Both the position numbers and the translations under genes were made by a program. A stretch of 64,000 bases of DNA, taken from positions 542 to 64,541 of the forward strand of contig CAUZDY010000015.1 in the NCBI GenBank assembly GCA_963578805.1, given 5' to 3'. Below are positions 10,281 through 19,055 of this stretch, piece after piece. Origin of the DNA: Vicinamibacteria bacterium. Lineage in GTDB: Bacteria > Acidobacteriota > Vicinamibacteria > Vicinamibacterales > UBA8438. Below the pieces are notes generated by a model, which was not told where the DNA came from, did not search any database, and was given only the letters and a program-made list of their open reading frames with translations. Position 1 is the stretch's first letter. Every line of letters begins with the position of its first letter.

Positions 10281-11054
10281 CTACGAAAAGTTCCTCTCGG
10301 CGATATTAAGGAACTCTAGTGAAAAGTCGTCAAGCGATGCAGCCATCTCTTTCACCTTCTGGGTGAGGTGATTGTAAAAGTATACGGCTGGAATCGCGGC
10401 GAAAAGTCCTGCGGCCGTAGCGACGAGGGCTTCGGCAATCCCTGGAGCCACGACCGCAAGATTGGTCGAACCGGTCTCCCCTATTCCCTGAAAGGCGATG
10501 ATGATCCCCCAGACGGTGCCCAGGAGCCCGATAAAAGGCGTAATGCTGGCCGTCGTGGCCAAGAACGGGACCCGGTGTTCCAGTTTTGCGACCTCCGTAG
10601 TCGACGCTCTTAGTAGGGTGCGGTCAAGGGCATCAAAGCTTTTCAGGCTCGGGCGTACCGCCGAATCGTCAGATTGCCGCGCCGACTCTTTTGAGGGGTC
10701 TTGCTGCCGGAGTTGTGTGTTGAGCTCAATATACCCTGCCTGAAACACACCGGTCAGCGGACTCTTGGGCAGCGACCTGCACACCGACTGGACTTCTGAG
10801 AACTTTCCACTTCGGCGGAAGACTTCGATAAAGCTAGAGTTTTGACGCTCGATCGACTGGAACTGTATGAGCTTGAGTAAAATGACGGCCCAAGAAACGA
10901 TCGAGAAAACGATCAGGATAAAAAGAACAACTTGAGATGGGAGGGAGGCCCTAAGTATCAATCCAAGAACGCCGCCGCTAAACCCTTCTCCCGACGCTTC
11001 GACGACACCTGGCGTCTGAAGAAAGGAAAGGGCGTAGAAGAAAACATTACGCAC
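10281..11054 (-). CDS. tolQ: MotA/TolQ/ExbB proton-channel protein TolQ
   Basis: Three TM segments; conserved GLLGTVWGII and IAEALVATAAGL stretches. Confidence 0.85.
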   Translation of the reverse strand: MRNVFFYALSFLQTPGVVEASGEGFSGGVLGLILRASLPSQVVLFILIVFSIVSWAVILLKLIQFQSIERQNSSFIEVFRRSGKFSEVQSVCRSLPKSPLTGVFQAGYIELNTQLRQQDPSKESARQSDDSAVRPSLKSFDALDRTLLRASTTEVAKLEHRVPFLATTASITPFIGLLGTVWGIIIAFQGIGETGSTNLAVVAPGIAEALVATAAGLFAAIPAVYFYNHLTQKVKEMAASLDDFSLEFLNIAERNFS

Positions 11055-11200
11055 CTAATCCCCTCCGAAGTGCCACTGGTGCGCCCTGGGATAGCGCAGT
11101 TTTGTGAAGATGCCATGCCATCTGAATGCTGTCAAATGTATGATAGCATGGAAGTTCTTCTCTTAGTTCTAGTCACCGCTCGCGATCAGACTAACGGCCT

Positions 11201-12871
11201 ATGATTCAATTCCTCAGCATTCAAAACCTAGCGGTGGTGGATGAGTTGGAGTTAGATCTTCATCCTGGCCTGACGGTTCTGACTGGTGAGACCGGGGCGG
11301 GAAAATCAATTATCCTTGGCGCGCTAGGGCTCCTTGTCGGCGGTCGCGCCACGAGCGACCTCGTTCGAACGGGTCAGGTTCGTGCGCGAGTTCAAGCAAC
11401 GATCGAGGACGACAAGGGACAGGAAATAATCCTCAGGCGAGAAGTGACGGCTCAAGGTCGGAGTCGTGGGTTCATCGGCGACACTCTGGCGACGGCAAGC
11501 GCGCTTAAGGAACTGGGCCGCCGGCTTGTTGACCTTCACGGCCAGCATGACCATCAGGCGCTGCTTGACCCGGCGAACCATTTAGCGCTGCTGGACGCCT
11601 ATGCTGGCCTGGATAAGGAGACTTCTGTTGTGGGCGAAGCGTATCGCATGTGGCGCGCGGTTCGGGGGCGACTCGAGCAGCTACAGCGCAACGACCAGGA
11701 CAGAACTGACCGAGTCGCACTTTTAGCATTTCAGTACCAGGAGATCAAAAGCATCGCTCCAACGGTGGGGGAGGACACGACACTGCACGACACTCGCCAG
11801 AAACTTGTGAACTCCGATCGACTGGCCTCGTTATGCGCCGAGGCCTATACCGCTTTGTATGAACGAGACGACTCCATCCTTTCTAATCTCGGTCAAATGT
11901 GGCGACAAATCGATGAACTGGTCGAGCTGGACCAACAGTTTTCCGTTCACGCGGACGGTCGAACGGCCGTGGAGTCGCAGCTTGAAGATTTAGCTTTTTT
12001 CCTTAGGTCGTACGCCGCGAAGATCGAGACCTCTCCTGAGAAACTGGCGGCGGTCGAGGGGCGATTGGCTGAGCTGGAGGATCTCAAGCGGAAATATGGG
12101 CCGAGTCTTGAAAAGGTGGCGGAGCACAGGAAACAGGTCGAGGATGAACTCGCGGAGCTGACAACGGGGAACCAGAAACTAGAAATACTGCTGCGGGAGG
12201 AGGAGGAACGACGGGCCACCTTTGAACGTGTAGCGGAGAGGCTATCCAGCAGTCGACAGGCCGCGGCTCCAAGACTAATAGAGGGGCTGCAACGAACGCT
12301 CGCAGACCTGGCTGTCCCTGATGCTCAACTAGAAGCGCGATTCTACCGAGGTCCGGTGGCCGACCGTCAGTGGACCGAACGTGGTGTCGACACGGTGGAA
12401 TTCTTCTTTTCTGCCAATCCAGGCGAGCAGGTTCGGCCGCTTGCCAAGGTGGCGTCTGGTGGTGAACTTTCGCGGGTGATGCTTTCGCTTAAGAGTCTAG
12501 CCACCACCGACAGGCTGGGTAAAACGCTGGTGTTCGACGAGATCGATGCGGGAATCGGAGGTGCTGTTGCAGATCGCGTAGGCGCGATGTTGAAACGGCT
12601 TAGCGAAGAATATCAGGTTATCTGTGTGACCCATCTGCCGCAGATCGCGGCCTACGCAACATCTCACCACCACGTATCAAAAGTCGTCCGGAAGGGCAGG
12701 ACGGTTACACGGATCGAGGAGCTGGCCGAAGAGGCTCGAGTGACAGAGCTAGCGCGGCTGATGACTGGTGCAGATTCGATTGGGGCCCGCGCAGGTGCGA
12801 GAGAAATGCTAAGAGGCAAAGAAAAGACGAAAGGCGAAAGCGAAAGGCGAAAGGCGAAGGTTGGTGGCTAG
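11201..12871 (+). CDS. recN: DNA repair protein RecN
   Basis: Walker A GETGAGKS, long coiled coil, SMC signature SGGELSRVMLSLK, Walker B LVFDEIDAGIGG. Confidence 0.95.
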   Translation: MIQFLSIQNLAVVDELELDLHPGLTVLTGETGAGKSIILGALGLLVGGRATSDLVRTGQVRARVQATIEDDKGQEIILRREVTAQGRSRGFIGDTLATASALKELGRRLVDLHGQHDHQALLDPANHLALLDAYAGLDKETSVVGEAYRMWRAVRGRLEQLQRNDQDRTDRVALLAFQYQEIKSIAPTVGEDTTLHDTRQKLVNSDRLASLCAEAYTALYERDDSILSNLGQMWRQIDELVELDQQFSVHADGRTAVESQLEDLAFFLRSYAAKIETSPEKLAAVEGRLAELEDLKRKYGPSLEKVAEHRKQVEDELAELTTGNQKLEILLREEEERRATFERVAERLSSSRQAAAPRLIEGLQRTLADLAVPDAQLEARFYRGPVADRQWTERGVDTVEFFFSANPGEQVRPLAKVASGGELSRVMLSLKSLATTDRLGKTLVFDEIDAGIGGAVADRVGAMLKRLSEEYQVICVTHLPQIAAYATSHHHVSKVVRKGRTVTRIEELAEEARVTELARLMTGADSIGARAGAREMLRGKEKTKGESERRKAKVGG

Positions 12872-14270
12872 AAAAGTATGCATTGAAACGTTCGGGTGCC
12901 AGATGAACGTTCACGATTCAGAGCGTGTCGGAGGACTCCTGGAACAAGCTGGATACGAACTCACGAATGACGTCGAAGAGGCGGACCTCGTAGTTGTCAA
13001 TACTTGCAGTGTCAGAGAGCGCGCCGAAGACAAGCTCTTTAATCGAATAGCCGTACTTAGCGCCAAGCGATCACCAGGCACTAAACCGATGGTCGCCGTT
13101 ATCGGTTGCGTCGCCCAGCAAGAGGGTAAAAACATCTTTGCTCGCGCCCCTGGGGTCGACGTGGTTGTCGGCACCCAAGCACTCGAGAGACTGCCGGTAC
13201 TTATCGCGGAGGCCGAGCTCTCAAAAACTCATCGGTTGGACATCAACCCCTACGACAATGTGTCTTTCCCTCTCGGTGTCGCTGTCAGACACGATCCAGT
13301 ACGGGCCTTCATTACGATCATTGAGGGCTGCAATGATTTCTGCTCATTCTGTGTCGTACCGTACACTAGGGGCCATGAACGAATGCGACCCGCAAAAGAG
13401 ATCGTCGAAGAGGTCCGTCAGGCAGCAGACCGTGGCCATGTCGAAATCCACCTACTGGGGCAAATCGTCAACCACTACCAGGCACCCGATCTTGGAGATT
13501 GCGACTTCGCCAAGTTACTTGAACTCGTCCACGATGTACCTAATGTGGAGCGCATTCGTTTCGCCAGCCCACATCCACGCCATGTCACCGGGCGGATGCT
13601 GGACGCAATGCGTGACCTGCCAAAAGTCTGCCGACATCTACACCTCCCGGTACAATCTGGATCCACTGAGGTCCTCCGAGCTATGCGCCGGAGGCACAGC
13701 CGAGGGGACTATCTGCGACTCGTAGAAAAAATTCGAAGAGCTATCCCGAATATCGCTCTATCGACCGATATGATCGTTGGGTTCCCAGGTGAGACACAGG
13801 AGCAATTCGAGGAAACTCTCTCGTTGACCGAAACGGTTCGCTATCACAGCATGTTTTCCTTTAAATACTCGGAACGACCTAACACCTTGGCCTCACACCG
13901 CCTTCCAGACAATGTGCCAGAATCTGAGAAGACCGCTCGAATCATGGAACTCCAGGCAATTCAGAAGTCGATCCAGACCTCACTACATAAGCGGAAAGTG
14001 GGTCAGTCGGTGAGAGTTCTGGTCGACTCAAGGAGTCGAAAGAGACATGAGGAGCTTTCTGGACGAACCAGCCAGAATACCGTTGTCAACTTTCCAGGTG
14101 AGGCTGAGTGGATTGGGCATACTGTAGACGTGTCTGTATTCAGAGCGGGTCCAAATAGCCTCTCAGGAAAGGTATTAGCCTTGGATGCTCATCGGTCAAA
14201 GACATCAGAGAACCTGCCTGCTGCGGAAGTAGAACTAAAACCCCATGAGGAAGAAACCAGGCCATGCTAA
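12861..14270 (+). CDS. miaB: tRNA-i6A37 methylthiotransferase MiaB
   Basis: UPF0004 domain (IETFGCQMNVHDSE), radical-SAM cluster CNDFCSFCVVPYTRG, C-terminal TRAM domain. Non-ATG start (TTG 12861 or GTG 12864) overlapping the recN stop. Confidence 0.9.
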   Translation: MVARKVCIETFGCQMNVHDSERVGGLLEQAGYELTNDVEEADLVVVNTCSVRERAEDKLFNRIAVLSAKRSPGTKPMVAVIGCVAQQEGKNIFARAPGVDVVVGTQALERLPVLIAEAELSKTHRLDINPYDNVSFPLGVAVRHDPVRAFITIIEGCNDFCSFCVVPYTRGHERMRPAKEIVEEVRQAADRGHVEIHLLGQIVNHYQAPDLGDCDFAKLLELVHDVPNVERIRFASPHPRHVTGRMLDAMRDLPKVCRHLHLPVQSGSTEVLRAMRRRHSRGDYLRLVEKIRRAIPNIALSTDMIVGFPGETQEQFEETLSLTETVRYHSMFSFKYSERPNTLASHRLPDNVPESEKTARIMELQAIQKSIQTSLHKRKVGQSVRVLVDSRSRKRHEELSGRTSQNTVVNFPGEAEWIGHTVDVSVFRAGPNSLSGKVLALDAHRSKTSENLPAAEVELKPHEEETRPC

Positions 14271-14749
14271 TCGAGATGACAATTAAGGGTCTAATGGTCG
14301 ACCCGATCACAAATATGCCAATCGTTATCCTTCGCGACGAGGATGGGAAACGGGTTTTACCGATCTGGGTCGGGGTCTTCGAAGCGAACGCGATCGCACT
14401 TCAGATCGAGAACATTGAGACCCCACGGCCGATGACCCATGATCTGCTTCGTAATGTCATTACAGACCTCAACGCTGACGTCGACAAGATCACCTTGTGT
14501 GACCTCAAGGAGAACACTTTCTACGCCCTTATCCATCTCCGCCTCGGCGGGGAAGTTGTCGCTATCGACGCACGTCCAAGCGATGCCATCGCGCTCGCGC
14601 TCCGTGTACGCGCGCCAATTCTCGTTGAAGAAACCGTCATTGACGGCGCAAAAACACTTAACTTCTCGCCAGGTAAGGCCGATTCTGAGCAGCTTTCCAA
14701 GTGGCTTGAAGGCCTCGCCCCTGAAGAGTTCGGCAAATATAAGATGTAA
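14264..14749 (+). CDS. bifunctional nuclease family protein (DUF151)
   Basis: Pattern PIVILRDEDGKRVLPIWVGVFEANAIAL..ARPSDAIALALR. Overlaps the miaB stop by 7 nt. Confidence 0.75.
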   Translation: MLIEMTIKGLMVDPITNMPIVILRDEDGKRVLPIWVGVFEANAIALQIENIETPRPMTHDLLRNVITDLNADVDKITLCDLKENTFYALIHLRLGGEVVAIDARPSDAIALALRVRAPILVEETVIDGAKTLNFSPGKADSEQLSKWLEGLAPEEFGKYKM

Positions 14750-14755
14750 CGTCTC

Positions 14756-14781
14756 AAATTGTCGGCCGGCCGACAATTTTT
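14756..14781 (+). terminator. intrinsic terminator after the recN-miaB-DUF151 unit
   Basis: Perfect 24-nt palindrome AAATTGTCGGCC/GGCCGACAATTT running into a T5 tract, 7 nt after the stop codon. Confidence 0.6.
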
Positions 14782-14853
14782 ACAAGCTATTCATTATCAA
14801 TGACTTAGCCAACCTGCTTAACTCGTGTTGGCCACTCCATACTTCGCTCGTTC

Positions 14854-14882
14854 TTGACAGGTCTCCCGTGCGTTCCTAAAAT
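14854..14882 (+). promoter_or_regulatory. near-consensus sigma-70 promoter for parAB
   Basis: TTGACA, 17-nt spacer, TAAAAT, about 68 nt upstream of the parA ATG at 14950. Confidence 0.45.
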
Positions 14883-14949
14883 ATCACAGTTCTATATCAG
14901 TACTGGCACTCTTGTTCCGCTCAAGTATCACTCTGGGCACAGCGCTCCC

Positions 14950-15708
14950 ATGATCGTCGCGATAGCCAACCAGAAGGGCGGAGTGGGTAAGACCACGACC
15001 GCTATAAATTTGGCGTCAGCTCTTGCGCTTCGAGGGCAACCAACCCTTCTGATCGATCTCGATGCACAGGCTAATAGCACCCTGTCGTTCATCGAGCGCG
15101 AAACGGTTAAACAGAGCGTCTACGACGTGATCGCAGATCCATCGTGTGGGCTCTGCGACGTCATCAGACCTGCAGCTAATCAGGACAATCTCTGGATAGC
15201 GCCGGCACAGATATCGCTCGCCAAACTTGAGGCGAGGTTGATCGGAGAACTCGACTCACATTTCAGACTTAAAGACCGTATCGAATCGGTTCGTGAGCGA
15301 TTCCCGTTTGTGGTGATCGACTGCCCACCAACCCTCGGACTGCTTACGGTGAACGCTCTTGTCGCCGCAACGCATCTTCTTATTCCGATTCAATCATCGT
15401 ACTTCGCCCTGGAGGGGACCGACGACCTTCTTGAGACTGTTGAAAAGGTTCGATCGAGGGCTAATACAAGTCTGCAAATTTTAGGTGTTTTGATTACGAT
15501 GCACGACCGCCGGACGTCATTAGCACGTGATATTCAACATCAAATTCAAAAAGTGTTCGGCGCCAAAGTGTTCGATACTGTGATCTCAAAGAACGTTCGG
15601 CTCGAGGAAAGTCCCGCGTATCGGGAGGCAATATTTAGCTTCGCGCCAGACTCAACAGGCGCTGCAGACTATTACAGACTCTGTGAGGAGGTGATGGACC
15701 GTGCCTAG
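14950..15708 (+). CDS. parA: chromosome partitioning ATPase ParA/Soj
   Basis: Start moved to ATG 14950: MIVAIANQKGGVGKTTT (deviant Walker A). Walker B VVIDCPP. Followed by parB. Confidence 0.85.
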   Translation: MIVAIANQKGGVGKTTTAINLASALALRGQPTLLIDLDAQANSTLSFIERETVKQSVYDVIADPSCGLCDVIRPAANQDNLWIAPAQISLAKLEARLIGELDSHFRLKDRIESVRERFPFVVIDCPPTLGLLTVNALVAATHLLIPIQSSYFALEGTDDLLETVEKVRSRANTSLQILGVLITMHDRRTSLARDIQHQIQKVFGAKVFDTVISKNVRLEESPAYREAIFSFAPDSTGAADYYRLCEEVMDRA

Positions 15709-16519
15709 ACGCGGACTACCACAGACTGTCGGAATGCGTCATGACGCACACTATGTGGAGGCATTGGCAGCCTCGTCAGGAGCGCCAGTTGGGCGACTGA
15801 TCCGTATCGAACAGCTCGACCCAAATCCCGATCAGCCACGACAAGTAATGGGTGACCTGTCAGAGTTGATGGCTTCGATCGCCGAGAAGGGCATTATCGA
15901 ACCACTTATTGTTCGGCAGCGCGGTGAGCGGTTTCAAATTATTGCCGGCGAACGGCGCTACCAAGCCGCCAGCCAGGTCGGTATTCGAGAGGTTCCGGTT
16001 ATCATCAGAGATGTCGATGACGGTGAGTTGATAGAGATTGCGCTGATTGAGAATATTCAACGGAAGGATCTGACGGCATTGGAGGAATCGGAAGCGATTC
16101 ACTCTCTCGGCGACACGTTTAGCTACACTCACGAAGAACTTGCCAGAAGACTTGGAAAATCACGCACGTCGATTACGGAATCGCTTACGCTCAATGCAAT
16201 ACCTGAGGCGATTAAGAGCCTCTGTCGTCTGGCGGAGATCGAGTCGAAGTCCATACTCGTTCAGGTTGCCAGGCAACCTGATGAGAAGGCGATGACGCAA
16301 TTTGTGGAGCGGATCGTTCTCGCCGGTGGTATTACAAGGGCCGAGGCCAGAAAGGTCACTGCCACTAGGTCGCGAAGACGGTCGAGGCCATACGTGTTTA
16401 AGTACTCGGCGCCATCGAAGGCTTTTAAGCTGCAGCTCAACTTCCGGAAGGCTGAGGTCGGAAGAGCAGAACTCATTAAGACCCTCGAGGGTATTCTCGA
16501 CGAGCTCCGTTCAGGCTGA
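15701..16519 (+). CDS. parB: chromosome partitioning protein ParB/Spo0J
   Basis: ParB N-domain with GERRYQAA arginine patch; HTH (EELARRLGKSRTSITESL). GTG start overlaps the parA stop. Confidence 0.85.
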   Translation: MPRRGLPQTVGMRHDAHYVEALAASSGAPVGRLIRIEQLDPNPDQPRQVMGDLSELMASIAEKGIIEPLIVRQRGERFQIIAGERRYQAASQVGIREVPVIIRDVDDGELIEIALIENIQRKDLTALEESEAIHSLGDTFSYTHEELARRLGKSRTSITESLTLNAIPEAIKSLCRLAEIESKSILVQVARQPDEKAMTQFVERIVLAGGITRAEARKVTATRSRRRSRPYVFKYSAPSKAFKLQLNFRKAEVGRAELIKTLEGILDELRSG

Positions 16520-16714
16520 AGAGTTACAAGTTAACATAACATGTATTATCAGACTCTAATAATACGGGGATCTATGCAGCTTGAATGAACGAGGTGCACT
16601 TGTTCCTACTAACTGCCCCGCTTCTCCAGGCGCCTCGCCTCGACCTAAAGACCGTGTCTGATTCAGATTTTCCTCTATCGGACCGCGTTAGAATTAACCC
16701 AGACATCATCGGAC

Positions 16715-19039
16715 ATGCTACGTATCATTGACCGCTACATTCTTCGGGAGATCATCCCGCCATTCTGTCTGGCGGTCTTCGTGCTTACGTTCCTACTCAT
16801 GATTCCTCCAGTAATGGGGGTGGCTGAGGATCTAATCGCGAAGGGCGTTGATACCATCACGATTCTTCAACTGATGGGAACCTTAGTTCCGCAGGGCCTC
16901 GGCATCACGATCCCGATCGGCTTGCTACTCGGCGCCCTGATGGGATTGGGTCGACTTTCAAGTGATCGGGAAATGGTCGCGTTCCAGGCCTGCGGCGTGA
17001 GCCTGTTCAGGATACTCGCTCCGCTCACAGCGCTCGCTGTAGTGTCGACGTTGGCGACAGCCTATGTTCTGATCACGCTGCTTCCCAACGCGAACCAAGC
17101 GTTCAGAGAGATAACGTTTCGAACGGTAGCTAATCGGGCGGAAGGCGAAATTAAACCACGTGTATTCGACGAGTACTTTCCAGGCGTCGTACTGTACGTG
17201 CGGGAAGTCTCAACAGCTAATGAAGGTTGGTCCGATGTCCTAGTCGCCGATACGCGAAGATCGGAACAACCTGACATCTATGTGGCCGAACGTGGTCGCC
17301 TGATACTTGACCAAAAGCAGCGTCGAGTCGATATCGTTTTAACCCAGGGGACCGGACATCAAGTTGACCCCTTGCAGCCTGAAACCTATGAAGCGCACGA
17401 ATTTGACGAAATCGTGATCGGGCTTGACTCAGACACGGTCTTCCCACTTACCGGTCCGCAGCGCGGCTACCGTGAGCTCACCATATCGCAATTACGGAGT
17501 GAGGCGGATCAAATGACGGCTGCTGGTTTGTCGGCTCACCCACCGATCATGGAGATTCATCGAAAGTTCGCGATTCCGGCGGCGTGTCTCGTCTTCATAT
17601 TGATCGCTTTGGGACTGGGTGTAACGAGCCGAAAAGACGGAAAGCTTGCCAGCTTCGCACTGGGTACCTGTGTCGTATTTGGCTACTACGTCGTTATGTA
17701 TGGCGCGGAGGCAATGGCCAAAGGTGCGTTGGTATCCCCGCAACTAGCGATGTGGCTGCCAAATATAGTGCTCGGGCTCTTTGGGGTTGGTCTTGTAGTT
17801 TTACGATCGCGGTCGGTTGAGAGGCGGGTCCTCCCTTCGTTCTTTTCTAGAGGAATACCGGTGGTGTCTAAAGAGGCAGCTAAAACCAAAGAGAAAGCGA
17901 ATACTGCGCCTTTAGGTTTTAACTCTCCGCGTCTGGGTCCATTTAGACTACACATCCTCGACTGGTATGTTGCGAGGACGTATCTGGGTGTCGTCGGTCT
18001 CGCTTTTGTCGGTCTGCTTGGGATCTTCTATATCTCGACCTTCATCGACCTTTCGGACAAGTTATTCAAAGGTGAGACAAGCGGCTTCCGTCTGCTGGAG
18101 TATTTCTGGTACGCCACTCCACAGTTTGCGTATTACGTCCTTCCGATTGCCGCACTCGTCGCCACTTTAGTAACGGTGGGACTGCTTACGCGAAACAGTG
18201 AGCTCACGGTGATGAAGGCGTGCGGAGTGAGTCTCTATCGAGCAGTGTTGCCTATCTTTTTGATCAGCCTTCTCTGGAGCGGCGTACTGTTTGGCATGAG
18301 CGAAAGTATTCTTGCGCGCGCCAACCGTCAGGCCGAAGCGATCAATCACGAGATTCGGATCGGCAGACTTAGTACCATCAACGTGATGAACCGCCGATGG
18401 ATCGTCGGCAAGAACGGGTCAATTTATCACTATCTGTCGTTTAAGCCAGAGCGTGACGAATTCGAGAATCTATCGGTTTATGAATTTGGCGGAAGACCCT
18501 GGGAGCTAGAGCGACGAACATTTATCGAGAAGGCTACCTTTGAGGCAGAACCGGCCACTTGGAAGGGCCAAGGGGTCTGGGTGCGTGATTTAACCTCGAC
18601 CGCTGAGGACGGCAGTGCTCTCGTCACCGCCGCCGTGCAATTCCTGCCACTCCTCGAGTCTCCCGACTATTTCAAAACCGAGCCGCCGGACGCGGAACTG
18701 ATGAACGTGCGTGAGCTTGACACCTATGTCGATGAGCTGAGCGCAAGCGGTTTCGACGTCGTACAACTTGTCGTGGCATTGCACCGCAAGATTTCATTTC
18801 CGTTCGTCACGCTGGTATTCACACTGATTGCCGTTCCTTTCGCCGTCACCATGGGTCCACGTGGCGCCCTCTACGGTGTCGGTGTAGGAATCTCCCTCGC
18901 CTGTAGCTACTGGATCGTGATGAGTGTGTTTGGGGCGATTGGCACCGCCGGGTTACTAGCGCCGATACTGGCAGCATGGGCACCTAACCTTCTTTTTGGA
19001 GCATCCGCTACATACCTGCTGCTGACGGTGCGAACCTGA
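16715..19039 (+). CDS. fused LptF-LptG LPS export permease (two YjgP/YjgQ modules in one polypeptide)
   Basis: 774-aa uninterrupted ORF. First module starts MLRIIDRYILREIIPPF. Second starts near nt 17950 with HILDWYVARTYLGVVGLAF. A Lys/Ala-rich linker (SKEAAKTKEKANTAP) joins them. Confidence 0.8.
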   Translation: MLRIIDRYILREIIPPFCLAVFVLTFLLMIPPVMGVAEDLIAKGVDTITILQLMGTLVPQGLGITIPIGLLLGALMGLGRLSSDREMVAFQACGVSLFRILAPLTALAVVSTLATAYVLITLLPNANQAFREITFRTVANRAEGEIKPRVFDEYFPGVVLYVREVSTANEGWSDVLVADTRRSEQPDIYVAERGRLILDQKQRRVDIVLTQGTGHQVDPLQPETYEAHEFDEIVIGLDSDTVFPLTGPQRGYRELTISQLRSEADQMTAAGLSAHPPIMEIHRKFAIPAACLVFILIALGLGVTSRKDGKLASFALGTCVVFGYYVVMYGAEAMAKGALVSPQLAMWLPNIVLGLFGVGLVVLRSRSVERRVLPSFFSRGIPVVSKEAAKTKEKANTAPLGFNSPRLGPFRLHILDWYVARTYLGVVGLAFVGLLGIFYISTFIDLSDKLFKGETSGFRLLEYFWYATPQFAYYVLPIAALVATLVTVGLLTRNSELTVMKACGVSLYRAVLPIFLISLLWSGVLFGMSESILARANRQAEAINHEIRIGRLSTINVMNRRWIVGKNGSIYHYLSFKPERDEFENLSVYEFGGRPWELERRTFIEKATFEAEPATWKGQGVWVRDLTSTAEDGSALVTAAVQFLPLLESPDYFKTEPPDAELMNVRELDTYVDELSASGFDVVQLVVALHRKISFPFVTLVFTLIAVPFAVTMGPRGALYGVGVGISLACSYWIVMSVFGAIGTAGLLAPILAAWAPNLLFGASATYLLLTVRT

Positions 19040-19055
19040 GGCCAGATATTCCACA

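Noticed and set aside
13138-13725. 195-aa alternate-frame ORF inside miaB (the same applies to 34896..35567 inside the second symporter)
   Set aside because: These are same-strand frame shadows of genes with clear family signatures.
14904-14920. Sigma-54-like element TGGCAC-N5-TTCC upstream of parA
   Set aside because: The -12 element lacks the conserved GC (TTCC instead of TTGC). A near-consensus sigma-70 promoter lies 25 nt upstream, and parA is not a typical RpoN target.
14750-16714. Search for parS (TGTTNCACGTGAAACA-like) sites around parAB, and for clustered DnaA boxes anywhere in the window
   Set aside because: I could find no convincing match by eye. Isolated TTATCCA-like heptamers are scattered and not clustered, so no origin or parS call is made.
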